Shown: piece by piece, positions 36,801-50,909 of the stretch | Layout: each line of letters begins with the position of its first letter | Position numbering within the stretch: position 1 is the first letter of the stretch | Assembly (NCBI GenBank): GCA_008636045.1 | Contig: SNRW01000005.1 | Span: 1-50,909, forward strand | Direction of reading: 5' to 3' | Source of the DNA: Streblomastix strix | Taxonomy: Eukaryota | DNA length: 50,909 nucleotides | Made by a program: the position numbers and the translations under genes | The notes under the pieces: model-generated | What the model saw: the letters and a program-made list of their open reading frames with translations, nothing else | What the model was told of the DNA's origin: nothing | The model's database searches: none

Positions 36801-39800
36801 TATAAATTAACGAAGAGATATGAAAAAGAACAAAGAAAATAATAATAAATCAAAGAAAAACAGGAAGAAATTGAAAAGAAAAGACTTTTAGCACAATAAA
36901 GAGATGAAGTTTGCAATAATAATAAGAAAGAGAAAAAAAATATAATAAGACAATGAGATAATTATTTGTAATTGCTATTCTTCTTTCTTTTTATTATATA
37001 TTTAATCTACTAATTATAATATAATTAGATTGTATAAGCAATTGCTCGTATTGACGAAGCTGTATAAATGGGAATTGGAATGGTTCTGCCTCCTGGTTTG
37101 ATTATTTGCATATTTTTATTTGTTAATTTAATATTTATTACAATTTATTCTTTCTTAATAATCAACATTTCTTATTTCTTTTTATTTATTTATTCAATAG
37201 GTCCAGATTGGGTAGAAGTTGTGCCTTAACATACATTATTCATTGATAAATAATAGCAACAATAATCATAACAATAATAACATCTTCATTATAATCAATA
37301 TTAATAAGATGAATAATAACTATTATAACCACAATAGTTCGGATCATTAAGCTCCTCAAAAGGAAGGAAATTAGAAAAAGAAAAAGAAAAAGAAAAGGAA
37401 ATAGAAAAAGATTTATAATAATTATCAAGAATATAAACATAAATTGTTAATGGAGTAGAGAGAGATGTTTATTTTGTTTCTCCAATGAAGTAATATTATT
37501 CTGATTTAGACGAACCTCCTCAATCTCTTAATGATGGCAATGATAGATTCATTGATTATTAGTAATAAAGTTAGAATGAATTTTAATAAGTAAGACAAGT
37601 TAGATCTCCTATTTATCCATATTAGAATTAAAAATCATAACTACTGCAATAATAAAATCCATAAAGTGATAATCGAATCCCAATTTAAAGCTAATTCACT
37701 CCTATTGATTAATAATATCCCAATCTTTCATAAATACTTTAGAATCAATAAACTCCTTCAAGCATCAGAAGACCATCTAATTCTCCTTCTTCTTTTACAC
37801 CATTATCAGTTTCTCAGAATATTTTATAAACAAATCAAAATAATTTTCAGGCTTCATAATACTCATTAATTTCATTACACGATAAATAATAATCATAATA
37901 ATAATTATAATAATAATAATAATTATAGGAGAAAAAATAATTGAATGAAGAATAGTAAATTGATTCTTAAATTAAATAAAACAATAGCAATATTTCTGAT
38001 TCAAGCAAGAAATCAAAAGACAAACAAGAAAACAACAAAGAAAAAGAATTAATTATTCCTCAGGTTTAATCATCTCAATAATCCAATACTCCAAATTCAT
38101 AATAATCGTAAACATCTTCATAACGCAATACCCCTTCACTCCAACGTTCTGCATCTGTTAGTTCTCCATTCTTTCATAACAGTATTAATTAATCTCCTAC
38201 TCACCATTCACCTTTATCTTCTCCCTCTAAGAAATAAGTACCAATAGCTCGTTCATCTTCAAACTCTCAATTGGCCATAAACAAATAATCATAATAACCC
38301 ATTTCTCCATCTCCTCCTCTTTCTTCTTCTCCTGCTTCTGTATCAAATTAATAAATAACTTCTCCTTCAATATAATCTCCATCTTAAATATAATCGCCAA
38401 TATAAATACAATCACCAACTTCATTATCACCCATTTAATAGGATAAGCGAAATGAGTTGCAAATTACTAAATAAAAAATATATACGAAATATTAATTGAC
38501 ATCGCAGAGTAAATAATTGCTATAATAATCACAACAATAAATAAATATGTAAAAAAAATATTTAAAATCATAATCACAATCATAATTATAAATATTAAAA
38601 TAAGAATAATAATTATTGAACACACCATAGAATCCAAAATAAGACAAATAAAATATGTTATAACATTAATTATAATATAATGCATAATAATAACAATAGC
38701 AATAACTTACAGTTGATACGCTTATTGAAACATTGAAAAACATGTCTAATATCTTATTTACAAACCCAACATTGAAAGATGAAGTGTGAATTATTACTTT
38801 TTAGGATTGAATTATTATTGCTGTTATATATATATTATATATTATTAATCATATTCTATTATATAATCTTTTCTATAGGTTATTGTTCGACATGGTCTTT
38901 TGCCATTGATGGAACTTCTTGACAGTGAAATAACTGCTGTTACAGAATGCGTATTAAAGTATATGATAAAAGATTATTCCAAATATTTAATAAATATTAA
39001 TAAAAGAGAAGAAAACAATAAAATTTACTTTTAATTTTTTTTTATAAATTTTTTATTAATAATTATTTTATTAATTTATTACATTAGACTTCTTATCATC
39101 TGTTGTTCTAAACACCAGAAAATGTAAGAAACTGTCTGTTTGATTGGTATGATAACAATTCAGCGTAAATATATTTTAAAGTAAAAATTAATTTATATCT
39201 AATATTTGTAGGAATGCTTCCAGAAGTACTTGCAAAAGGATCACCAGAGAATTCACCTCATATTCGTTTAGCTGTTGCTGACTTATTATATTAAATGCTT
39301 AAAGGTAAATTTTTAAATTTGGTTTTTCTATTATGATTTATTTTATATATTTTTATTTTTATTTGTCATTGTATCTTTTTCATTATATTTTTTCTTATAG
39401 GTACGGATATGACAATCCAAACTCTGGTAGCGTCCAGATGTTTAAGTCATCTGTGTAGAATGCTTGATGGAATTGATATGAAATAAATATAAGTTTGAAC
39501 AATGAAATTAAATTCATTTGAGAGAATAGAATATTAATGAATTTGAAAATTATTGTAAATAGTAATTTATCTACATATAATAAATATTTTTTATTTCTTA
39601 ACATTATAAATTTGATAGTAACGCGCAGTAGCATTCTAAACAATTCGCAATATATATTTGATAATAAAAAGAGATGGAGCATAAAGATGAAATAATTAAG
39701 GTATAATGCTAGAATAATAAATTGGAAAATAATTTAATAAATAATTTAATAAATAAAGAATATTTTATTATTTCATTTTTTTATATTAAATTCAATTAAT

Positions 39801-42789
39801 AATAATAATAATGTATACATAGAATCTACTCTCTTTCCTTCTTCACAATCTAAAGTATAATTAATGAAATAAAAGAGTAGTTTAGAAAATATTCAAGGAA
39901 CATTATCAACAACTACAATTCTTAGAGATGATTTATGCAGGTTTTTTAATTTTATATTTTTATTGTTTAAATATTTCATTATATTAATTTGAATTAGATT
40001 ATTCTGCAAACCTCGTCTCCTTCCTCGTATTGCTGCATAATTAGAAGATACATATAATGTTGCTGAAAAAGAATGGGATTTTGAAAGGTATTATTAATAA
40101 TATATATATAATAATATTTATAATAATATTTATAATAATATTTATATTAATGTTATTATTTTCATTGTAATATTTACAAATCAATTATATTTATAACTTA
40201 GACTCAAAGAACAATTTGAGAGAGAATTAGAAAAGAAGAAGAAAGAAAAGTAGAATAATTAAGATTCAAATATAATCGATGAAGATGAAGATGAAGATGA
40301 TGAAAATTTTGAAAGTTTTAATTCTTAATTGAATTAATAATCTGTTACTGCCTTTGGGGGAGCAGGTATAATAGATTTAATAAAAGAAGTAAAATAAAAT
40401 ATTTTTATTATCATTTTTATTATTATATTCATTTAGGAGTCTTTGTTCAATGTGGTGATGTTGAAATACAGGCCAAGCGCAAGAAACATTCCATTTCAGA
40501 TTAAAGTAGCGCCAACACCACTGATAATAATAGCAGTGACAATAGTAATAACTTAATTGAAAACAATTATAGTTCAAAAACTATCCTAAGTGCTGCATCT
40601 TCAATAAGTTCACATTAAAAATCAAACAAAGAACAATAAAATGAGATTATAATACAACAGAATACAAATCAAAGCAACAGTAGTGTCAATTAATAAGAGA
40701 AAAATACTCCTCCTTTCACATCCCTATCTATTTCTATACCTCAAACTACACCATAATTAATATTATCATAATATTAATCTCCAACATCTTAATCAAATTC
40801 TCCTTCATAATAACAACAGAAATTCGCAGCTTCATCACTTCCTTCTTCTTCACTTCTATCTCCATAACCATAGAAGACTTTATAGTAATAGAAAAAAGAC
40901 TCTAAACATAAATAATCATCATCGTTAGTTATATAGTAATAATCATTGGACATATAATAAAGAATATAATAATAAATATAATAAGGATAAATATATCTAT
41001 AGTAATAATAATAATCTACTCCATATTCTACTATTAAAAGAAGATATTAGTCTGAATAAACTAAAATATTGTCATAATTAAAGATTGTACCACAGTTGAA
41101 TGAAGTATGGTAATATTAAATGATATAATCAATTTATAATTAATATATTAATTAATAAATTAATTTAAACTTTATATATAAATTATTTTATCTTTTATAA
41201 CTTTTAGTTGAGTGCTCGTGAGGTTATGAGAATGATGGTTGATATTCTTCTCTTCTTCTCACAGGTAATTATAATTTATTTTACTTTTGTTATATATTTA
41301 TTTAATTTAATTTAAATTAATTGTTATTATTATTATTATTAATATTCAATTAAATTTTTTAAATTTAATTTAGGTGAGTTAATCAGTGTCAGTCCATCTT
41401 GCAGAAGAAGATGTAATGAATCATCTCTTAATTATTATACCCAAATTAAATGCACAGAAAGAAAAATAAGATAATAAGTTATTAATGTTCACTAAGCCCA
41501 ATAGTTCAATTAAAATAAAGAAGGAGAATGAAGAGAAAGATAAATAATTAGAAAAAGGCAGATAAAATATCCATTAAGATATTATATTAAATTCATCTAA
41601 ATTATAATCATTAGAATAAACATAATAATAAACATATCGAGTAGATAAAGAGAAAGAAGAAGAAAATCTTACAATGCAGGTTTACAATATAATAATTTGT
41701 TTAAATTTTAAATTATTTTTTTCTTTTACAATATAATTAATTATGAAGGTTGCTCTTTTAACATCTCTTCGAACTGTTGCTATGAATTAAAGAGCAGCAA
41801 AGATGTTAGAAAATTGTGGAGCAGTTCGATCAGTTGTTGACTTCTTCAATATCCTCCCATCTTCAAAGGCACAAAATCAACTTGTGATGGCTGCATATTA
41901 TCTCTCATATCTGAATAATAGGAGAACTGAGATATTAGCAGATGCTGGAATCATACCAGTTCTTTAGAAGTTTGTTTCATCTGCATCTGCATTGGCTCAA
42001 TTTGCATTGGATGTTCTATTAGCTCTCCCTTCATATACATCTGCAGTTACTAGACAGAGAATGTGGGAAGCTCATTAAGCTCAGTTCTTATTGAAGCTTC
42101 TTGGAAGACACTAATTGTTGTTTATGCATTAGAATGTATATAACGCGCTTAGAGCGTGGTTAGCTTCTGCAGATAAAGATAGGCTTTCTAAACTTCTCTC
42201 AAGGAGAGATAGTCTTCCATTACTTCTTGCTCCTTTCTTAGCTGGTGTAGATATTGATATTGATGATGACGATGATTAGAACGATGAATCATAGAAAGAT
42301 TATAACCAACAACAACTTTCATTATCGTAATTATCATTTAAGAGAGGGTTAGGATCAATAAATCATGGTTTTCATTCACTTCATGTTCAAAGACCATTGC
42401 CTCTTATTGAGTGGGAAAAACTTCTTCCTCAATTTGAGAAGATCCTGACCTTATCTCCTTCTTTGGCTGATGCAGTTGCTAGAAGCAGAGGATTATGGAA
42501 TCGATTACTTCTGTGTTTGGGTGAGATTGAGAAGGTTTATGCTAATAATGCTTTATTGGCCAGAGGAGTAATGGGACTGGTTCTTATCCTTGTTGTCGCA
42601 GCCAAACACACAAAATCTGGAATTGAAATATTGAATGCAATTGGAGAGACGAAGATTCTTCCTCTTGTTCAGCTGATGGAGAAGAAAGAAATTCTGATTA
42701 TACAACAAATTGCTCGCGCATTACTTCGCGAGTTTGGTGTTGAAGAAGAGACAGCACCAGAAATCATATATAAACAAGGTGACTTATGA
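33843..42789 (+). CDS. Ser/Thr kinase of the Cdc7(S. pombe)/SepH/Cdc15/MAP3K-epsilon type with C-terminal ARM repeats
   Basis: [90 protein letters not shown] region [38 protein letters not shown]. Many GT-AG introns and Gln/Glu-rich linkers. One in-frame TGA at 39688-39690; final TGA at 42787-42789. Confidence 0.9.
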
Positions 42790-43167
42790 GTATTATATAT
42801 TGTAGTTTGAGCTATATTATATTAAAATTCTTATTTATGGTCTTTTGGTAACAATAATATATGCAACAAAAATAAACTTCACACATCTTTTTTGTCAATA
42901 AACAATGAAATGTTTTCGAGGATTTGTACTTTATATATTTTCACAAGATACATGACAAAATATGTAATTTGAAGTAATTTTTTTTTAGAAAATCAAGTAG
43001 GAGCAAAATCGATTTTCACTTTGAAGAATGATTTCAAATTTTGTCTTTATTCATTCCACATACTCAAGCATTAATATATATATTCAATAAACAATGAAAT
43101 AACTTTAACAATTAAACTGTAACAAATTAGGTTCACTATAAATTAATCTTCTTTTTATCGTTATAAT

Positions 43168-45237
43168 TCACCATTACACGCTTTTTTCACCAGCTACATG
43201 CCCTGCTGTTGGTACGGCGATTTGTTTCAGTGAGTGTATGATACAGACAGCATCTTTGTTGTGCATATGGATCTGAAAAAAGTATTAAATGAGAAATATT
43301 CATAAATTTTTGAGCAAGTATTTTAATTGAAATATACCATAAATCGTATTTTTTCTTTAATTCCAGAGATAAAAACTGGTTATTGCTTTCCATCAATGAA
43401 GAAACATAATGTTCCTTTCTCAGAGTCAAATTCTGCTCTTATCATTTAATTTTCTTTGAATGGAGCATTTCCTTATGTAATACTTCCCTAGTAAAAAATT
43501 CCTCCATTCAAATTTCTAAAAAGAATAAAAATAGTCATTATTGTGAGAAAATGTTGCAATAATTATTAAGCAAACATTCCTCCATAGAATGCAATATGTT
43601 GAATATCTAAAAATCCAATTATAATTCAAAATTAAATATTGGCTATTATGATAAATAATATTTAAATACTTGGATTAGAATTTGGATATGAGCCTTCAGG
43701 AATATTGTATGTATCTTTAACAATTCCAATCCCTATGGTATAATAAACAAATATTATAGTATATTAAGTATAAAAAATGTAAACCTATTGTATAAATATC
43801 AGTGTTTAAGAATTAGATTTCTAAAGCATAGATTCCATTTTCCATTATCTTTTTGAGTGAGAAAGTACTATCCTTATTCGATTTTTTATTTATCCTTTTT
43901 GCCACTTCATCTACATCAGATAAATTAAGTTCTAATTTATCATTATTAATAATTGCAATTGGAATGATGATATCTGAATAATTTAATTTAATATCGAAAA
44001 ATTTATCCGAGAAGTTTAATAAAATAATATTTATAATATAATTATACCTTGGAAAATCTTTTATTTCTGAATTCCATTTTATTCTTTCGTCTTAGAATTA
44101 CTTAATTTAAATATAGAAGTTTCATCTTTCAATAATTTTAATTCTTCATCTTTTTTATTAATTTCTTCAACTTTCTGTTGTTCTTTATCTTTTTATTGCA
44201 AAATATTTCTTTTATTTTCTTTGTCATTTTGTTCTTATTGCAATTTTGTTGTTCCATTGAAATTAGATAATGAAGTAAAATTTATTCCTTCAGCTTACAT
44301 TTGTGCCTTTATTTTTCCTGCTTTAATTTTAATGTTTATATCTGAACTCTTATTCAACTCATCTAATGTAGGAATTAAGATTGCTAAAGGTTCTAATCCA
44401 ATTGATATTGTTACAATCTTTAATAAAACATCAAGAATTCCAAGAACGGCATGATGGGAAGTTACAGTTTACATTATTTATGATGAAAATGATGATTATT
44501 AAGTTATATTTGTTCCATAGATCAGAATCTGTTAAATAATTAAGGCAAATTATGTTGATAAAACCGAGTTTCTAATTATTTCACTTTCTTCTATTAAATC
44601 GCATAATGCTTTACTTCCAGCTTTCGAATATTCTTCAACTTTTGACTAATAATATAATTAAAAAAATTGTAATTTAAATATTTTAATGTAAAAAAGAAAT
44701 ATACATTAATCATCAAAATAATTGGATCTAACACCAATCTAACAAGTGAAATCTTATCATCTGACTAACTTCTTAATCCAATCATTTGCAAAATAGTTGA
44801 GCTCAAAGCCTTAATAACAAAAAATAAATCATTTTTATTAAAAATAAAATAAAATAATTTATGAGAAACAAACAAATTTCTCACTTGGTTCAACGTTCTT
44901 CACGAATTTTATCAGTACTGGTGTCAGTTTATATCGTATAACAAATTCTATGTTATCAGGATCTGACATTAAAAATAATAAAATAAAATAATCAAAAAAA
45001 AAAAATAAATAAATAAAGCAAACAATCTATAATAATATCAAGTAGATGTCTCAGTGCAGGAATATGTAGACTTGCATTTTCACCATATAATTCAGCTATC
45101 AATATTGGGATACTCACCTTAAAAATAAAATTATAGCACAATAATAAAATTTTATTTTGTTAGCAAACTATTGCATCGGATTATGTTTCACTTGTATATG
45201 AAGAGCCTTTAGAATATCGAACCGAATCTTCAGTCAT
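43168..45237 (-). CDS. ARM-like N-terminus, coiled coil and C-terminal SPRY/B30.2-like domain
   Basis: Multi-exon gene from ATG 45237; C-terminus GIGIVKDTYNIP...GNAPFKENQMIRAEFDSEKGTLCFFIDGKQQPVFISGIKEKIRF...SVQW* with TGA at 43170-43168. Confidence 0.75.
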
Positions 45238-46120
45238 TTCTATAATATATTATTTATTATAATATAAATTAATAATATTTAAAGAATAATATAAAGTAAA
45301 ATATTTAAATTTTAGCCAATAAATTAACTTATGGTTAGTACAAAAAGTTAAATTTTTGAAAAATTTATGTTTTGGAGTTATATAGGTTAAATTTTAGATA
45401 AATTTGAAATAAAGAGGTGAAATATACTTTTTGTATTGTTATATCATTAAATGCATATAATAAATTAATTTTAATTATGAGAATATTGTATAAATCGATA
45501 ATATATTTTTTGATATATTTTCAATTAAAAAACTGTTGAATATTGATTAAATATTTCATATAACAATTCATAAATATCAGTTAATGATTATTAAAGTTGA
45601 TTTATAGAAAGATGAATAAAAAATAAAACTGTGCGTGTTTTGAAACGAATTTAACGTCTATCTTAATATTTTAAAATTATAATATTCAAATAATCATTCA
45701 CAGTTTTTTATATATTATTTAATAGAGCTATTAATTACTATAACAAAACGTTAGATAGCCTAATAAAAAAATACAATTTTCAGACTCATTCATCAATTAT
45801 TATTTTATATTTATTTATTATTAATAAGAAAAATTTTCTTTTTATAATTTTAAAATAATTTTAATCCTGTTTTTGGATATATATGGACATAAAAATGTCT
45901 CCAATCATTTTAATTTTGATTTGCATGTAGCACTCTACTGAAAATGCGTTCCTTTATTTTTAAATATTTATTGCTGATAATAATTCAATATAAATTCATT
46001 AGTATACATATAACAAAAATATATTCCAAGAACAAGATACTTACAAAGATCAAAATCAAAAAATAAAAACATACTGTATTATACCACTGACATATTAATT
46101 TATTTGATATTATAATAGAC

Positions 46121-49100
46121 ATGGCTAGTGCTTTTGCCGGAGGATTATTTCCACTCTCGCCATATCCTGATGTTACCGAAGTGAAGCACGACCCTGTTTT
46201 GGAGAGAATGCGCGAGGTATATATTTTCTATTCAATTTTCTAAGCACAATTCGATTTTTCCCGTTTTGCTTCAGCGATTAAGAGAAGTTGCAAGATATTT
46301 ACCATTCTATTGGAGAAATTTTTATCTGCTTGGGTTAGTTGAATTAAAACGAGGTGCATTCACAGAAGTATATATTATTTTTTATTAGTACTTTACATTT
46401 TACTCTTTTTCAGGCAGGGAAAATGTTAAGACTAGCCCTTGACAGACTTCCTGATGGATAGTCTAGTTAGAACTATGTATAAATTCCTATTTTCTATTAC
46501 TTTTTTACAATTTTTTAATTTTTAACTAATTATAGGAAGTTATCAATTATTGTATAGCAATGAGTGATTATTAATAATCCTTATAAGCACTTTAGACGAA
46601 AACCACTTCAACTGAACCAGAATTTGTTGAATTTGCTGAAATAAAGAGTGATGATGAAGAAGATGAAGAATTAAATGAAGTTAAAGGATAAGAGATAGAT
46701 ATAGAAAAAGAATAGTAATAATAATAATAAAGATCTGGAATGGATAAAGATATAAAAAGTGAAGATGATGGAGATATTTCTAACACATAACCTGCATCTG
46801 ATGGAGCACTTGAAGAATTATCATCAATTCATAGTAATATTAAACCAAACAATCTTCCTCAACGATCTTTAATATTCAATGTTGGTTTTGATAAAGAGAA
46901 ATAAGCTCAAATAAAATAACCCCAAATTTCTTCTGTTCATTAAAGTTTATCCACTTTTTCTTCATAAGGTTCATTTTCTTCACAAAATTATCAACCTTAT
47001 TAACAACAAACAAATTAATAATAATTCATAAATATTGACCCATAAGACGGTTTATTTGAATAATAATCGTAAGAAACGATCAATTTATCAAATGCTCCAT
47101 CATCTTTCAACTTCCTACTCAAAGAAAGCGATTCTAATTTTGAATCTGGGTTGGTTCAAAAAAGTTCAATGGCTTATCCTCAAAATTCATCATTTTAAGT
47201 AAATTCATTCTCATTTGTATAAAAATTATCTGAAACTGATTCTGTACTGAAACAAGATTCTTAAGATCCCAATACATCCATAGAATAATAAATATTATAA
47301 TTATCTTAATAATCATAACATTAATAAAGTGATACATGTTCTTCAACTGAAAAAGCTTATTCACTCCCTGAAACTTAATAGGAGACTCAATAAAATTCAA
47401 AATAAAATTCATTAAACAACGAATAAATTCAAGAATAATAAAAATAACTACATTTGTATCAGTAATAACAAATATAATAATAACATGAGTAGGAATAAGA
47501 TTAGAAACAATAATCTGATAAAAAAGAGAATATTTCATCTATTTTATCTCCTTCTCCATTTTTATCTCCTTTACAACCTTCTCTAAATACAAATTCAATA
47601 TATTCGTAGTAATAATAATATAAATAATAATTGTTATAATAATAACAATAACCTTAATCTTTTTAATCTCTGCAAGTTTAATAGAATTTACATCAAAATA
47701 AACTATAATAGCCATCATCATTGTAAACGTAACTTTAATAATTTAATCAATAGGAACAGCCAACTTAAGTTGCTTCAGCATAAAAGCTCAATGTTTAAAT
47801 ATAGTATCCTTAAATATCTACATTATATCAAATAAATTAATTAAGTTCAAATTAATTTTCGCAAATTAATTTACATTAATAATAATAATAATTGCTCCAG
47901 TAATATACTTAATCTTCACAATAATAATAATCACAATAATAAGTTAATTATCCAATTGGAATGAAATAAAATTTTAATAATAATCTGTAAATTTAGTAAA
48001 ATTAATAAAATTAAATAGTAATAAGTGATAAGAAATTTATTGATCCATATCATACTACTTAATAATAATAACTATAATCTCCTCGTCCTCTTTCATAATC
48101 ACAGCAATAAGCAAATAGTGTTTCAGTATAATAATCAAGTTCTTTATCACCATTTCCAATATCAACATAATAACAGCAACAACAAATTAATATTTAGCCT
48201 CAAAGATAAAAACAAACTTAACAGTTACAGACTGAATCTTCTCCCAATATTAATCCTCCTCATCCAAAACCTAAACCCAAAATACAGACAAATATTATTG
48301 TTGGTGGAGTTGGAGGAAACATTGGAAGTAATTTGTATAATAATTAGTATAGTAATTAAAATATTGTTTAGTATAATCAGTATGGATATAAAGCAAATAT
48401 GAATGTTAATGCAAATATGAACTAAAATAAAGCTGATATTCCAAATATTAGTATAAACACTACTGAAAATAATGTTAATGAAAATGAAAATAGAATGGAG
48501 ACAGATAAGTAGAATTAAAAATAGGAATTATTTACTTATTCTACTTCAGCTTCATAAGTAACTTTTCCATCTGTTAACTAAATTTAAACAACAACTAATT
48601 AAACTCAATAATAATAGATAAACGTTCCTTAAGATTAATAAAAATAATAATTGCAACAATAACAATAATTATTATAATCTAATACTTAAAATATTCCATC
48701 TTCATCATCAATATCTTCTTCTTAAACTTCTTCTTCATCATCATCATCTTCTTCTTCATCTTCTTCTTCTTCTTCTTCATCATCATCATCTTAAACTTCT
48801 TAATAAACGTCATAGTCATCAGTTCCTCATTTTAATTCAACTGTTGGACTTCTTCTTTCAGCGAAGATTAATGATTTTATTGATAATAATGTAATAAATC
48901 ACAGAAATAAAGAAAAATATACTGTTCCTTATAATAATGCTATTCTATCTACTAATGTAGGGTCATCGTCATCTATATAACAATAATAATAACAAAATAA
49001 TATATCAGGACAAAGAATTAAGAAATAAAAGAAGAAAGATGATGATATTATATCAAAAATGAGTAAAATAAAAGACAATTCATAAAATATGTATCAAAAA

Positions 49101-50909
49101 ATATATCAACCACAAACAATGTAATAAATTCAATAGAATTAACAATAAAAATTAAATAAGTAATCATAACAAAAACAATAACAATAAACTATAAGTACAA
49201 TTAGTACACAAGAAACAGAAGATCTAACATTAGGTGCTTAGCTTCCATTCAAAAGATCCCAGTCATTATAAAATATTTAAGATAAGAAATAATAAAGAGA
49301 GAAAGAATAAGATTAAAGTCAAGGAGAAGAAATTGAATAAGATAAAGATAAAGATGGAATAAATTAACCTTCTTAATCTTCTTCTTAATATTAATAACCA
49401 ATTACAAAACCAATTAGAAAAAAATCACTGCAATACAAATAATGGGTTATGCCTAAGAGTTAAGGAAGTTAATAATAGGAAAAATAAACCTATTAAACAA
49501 AAGAAAAAAATAATATATAGAAAGAAAGTGAAGAAGAAAAAGAAAGTGGAAGAGAAATTGAAGATGAAGAAAAAGAAGAATAAGAAGAAGAATATTTGAA
49601 TGAATTTGATATGAGTAATGATGATGAATTGGTAAAAAGAAATTAAAAGAAGAAAATTGTGAAATAAAATAAGAATAAACAGATGGAAAAAGATATTGAT
49701 TAAGATAATTCAAATACAAAATAAAATATAAAAGAAAAATAAAAATAAATTATACAAATATAATAATCGTAACAATAATTATAATATATTGATTCTGAAT
49801 TATAATAATAAATTAATAATGGATGTGCTTCTTATCAGTTGACTTAATAATTCATACAAAAAAATTAATAAATTGAAAAATAATAAAAAGTAGAAGAATA
49901 AATAAATAACATGGTGAAAAATGAAGTAATAGAACTGATTCAAAATAAAGATTTTAGCCCAAGTGTGTTTGTTGTTGCTTCATCTCCATCATCATCATCA
50001 TCATCATCTCGTAATACATCTGCATTTACAACTCCTTCATTTAATTCATCGTCTATAAATCAATAACAACAAAAGAAACAAACATTATATTCCATATAAT
50101 AATAATTTTAACCAATTAATTAGTTCAGATTATATCCATTTGATAATATTTCAGATGATAATTATTTAGAATTACAAAATAATCAATAAAAATAAGAATA
50201 AAAATAGGATGTTTAAGATTAAACTGAAGAAAATACATTCCAATCAAAATCATCTTCTACAGTTATATAAAAAGAGAATTAATAGTAAGGTTAACCATAA
50301 TAATAGAACTAATAAATCTTCTAATAACCATTACCTTCATCAACATCTTCTTCTCCATCTCTAATACCACACTTAACATCTCCCATATCTTCTCTTATTG
50401 ATCAGCAACCTCCTTTGTCTCCATATTCTCCTATATCTTCAACAACTAATTCAATTATATCTAATTATTCAACTAAGAAATGGAAATATTAACCAACATC
50501 TACATCTGAGTCATTTCATTCATATTTTGTGGATACTTAAACTTCAAATATAAATAATTATGCTAATAAGGAGATTTTTCTATATTCTCCATCAGTTACA
50601 CAATAAATGATATAAGTACAACAATAACAAAATTCGTATAATTACGAATCTTCTCCAACTGTATCTTCTTCTTCTTTACATTCTCTCTATAGTAATACAT
50701 AATTAAGTAATTTATATATGGGAATGGAGAATGAGGATGAATTTGAATAAAGAGATAGAGATTGGGGAAGAAGAAACAATAACATATATGATAATAGTCT
50801 TAATGACAGCTTTGTGGAGAGTTAATTAGAAATATTAAGACAAATGGCTAAATAAAAAGAAAATGATAGAGAAAAAGAATTAGAGATTGACTTTGGAAAT
50901 TTATTGAAA
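46121..50909 (+). CDS. Protein with an N-terminal TPR-like motif and a very long Gln/Ser/Asn-rich low-complexity region (3' partial)
   Basis: ATG 46121, three short introns; WRNFYLLGLVELKRGAFTEAGKMLRLALDRLPD is TPR-like; the frame from 46536 stays free of TGA to the window end under table 6. Confidence 0.75.

Noticed and set aside
4771..39690. Selenocysteine as the explanation for the two in-frame TGAs
   Set aside because: Both lie in non-conserved insertions of proteins not known as selenoproteins, and no SECIS-like hairpin was evident; this was not tested computationally.
48700..48795. (TCA/TCT)n and (TAA)n tracts as non-coding microsatellites
   Set aside because: They are in-frame poly-Ser and poly-Gln codons of the 46121 gene.
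2650..49719. Most short ORFs in the supplied six-frame track
   Set aside because: They were computed with TAA/TAG as stops; they are fragments of larger table-6 genes, or antisense and off-frame shadows of low-complexity exons.
1..50909. tRNA, rRNA or other structured RNA genes
   Set aside because: No recognisable cloverleaf or rRNA-like sequence was seen by eye; tRNAscan-SE or Infernal would be needed to exclude them.

Overview
Very AT-rich eukaryotic (protist) DNA with short GT-AG introns and a reassigned genetic code: TAA/TAG read as Gln and TGA is the normal stop (translation table 6), so the supplied standard-code ORF track is fragmented. Code, intron style and gene families suggest an oxymonad such as Streblomastix, but this is inference. 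Host genes are the 5' part of a dynein heavy chain (-, 1-6101), a Cdc7/SepH/MAP3K-epsilon-type kinase with ARM repeats (+, 33843-42789), an ARM-like/SPRY-like gene (-, 43168-45237) and a TPR plus very long Gln/Ser-rich gene (+, 46121 to the window end). The centre (10027-30360) is a decayed ~20.3 kb endogenous Maverick/Polinton-like virus bounded by ~235 bp terminal inverted repeats. It carries a protein-primed PolB, a retroviral-type integrase, an A32-like packaging ATPase, a putative major capsid protein, two fibre-like genes, an HNH endonuclease and unknown ORFs, apparently in the host's code. A 654 bp MITE with an ATAT target duplication is nested inside it. Two otherwise intact host genes (dynein, kinase) each contain a single in-frame TGA, raising the possibility of UGA read-through. 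All translations were done by hand and no database searches were run; boundaries of degraded ORFs are approximate.
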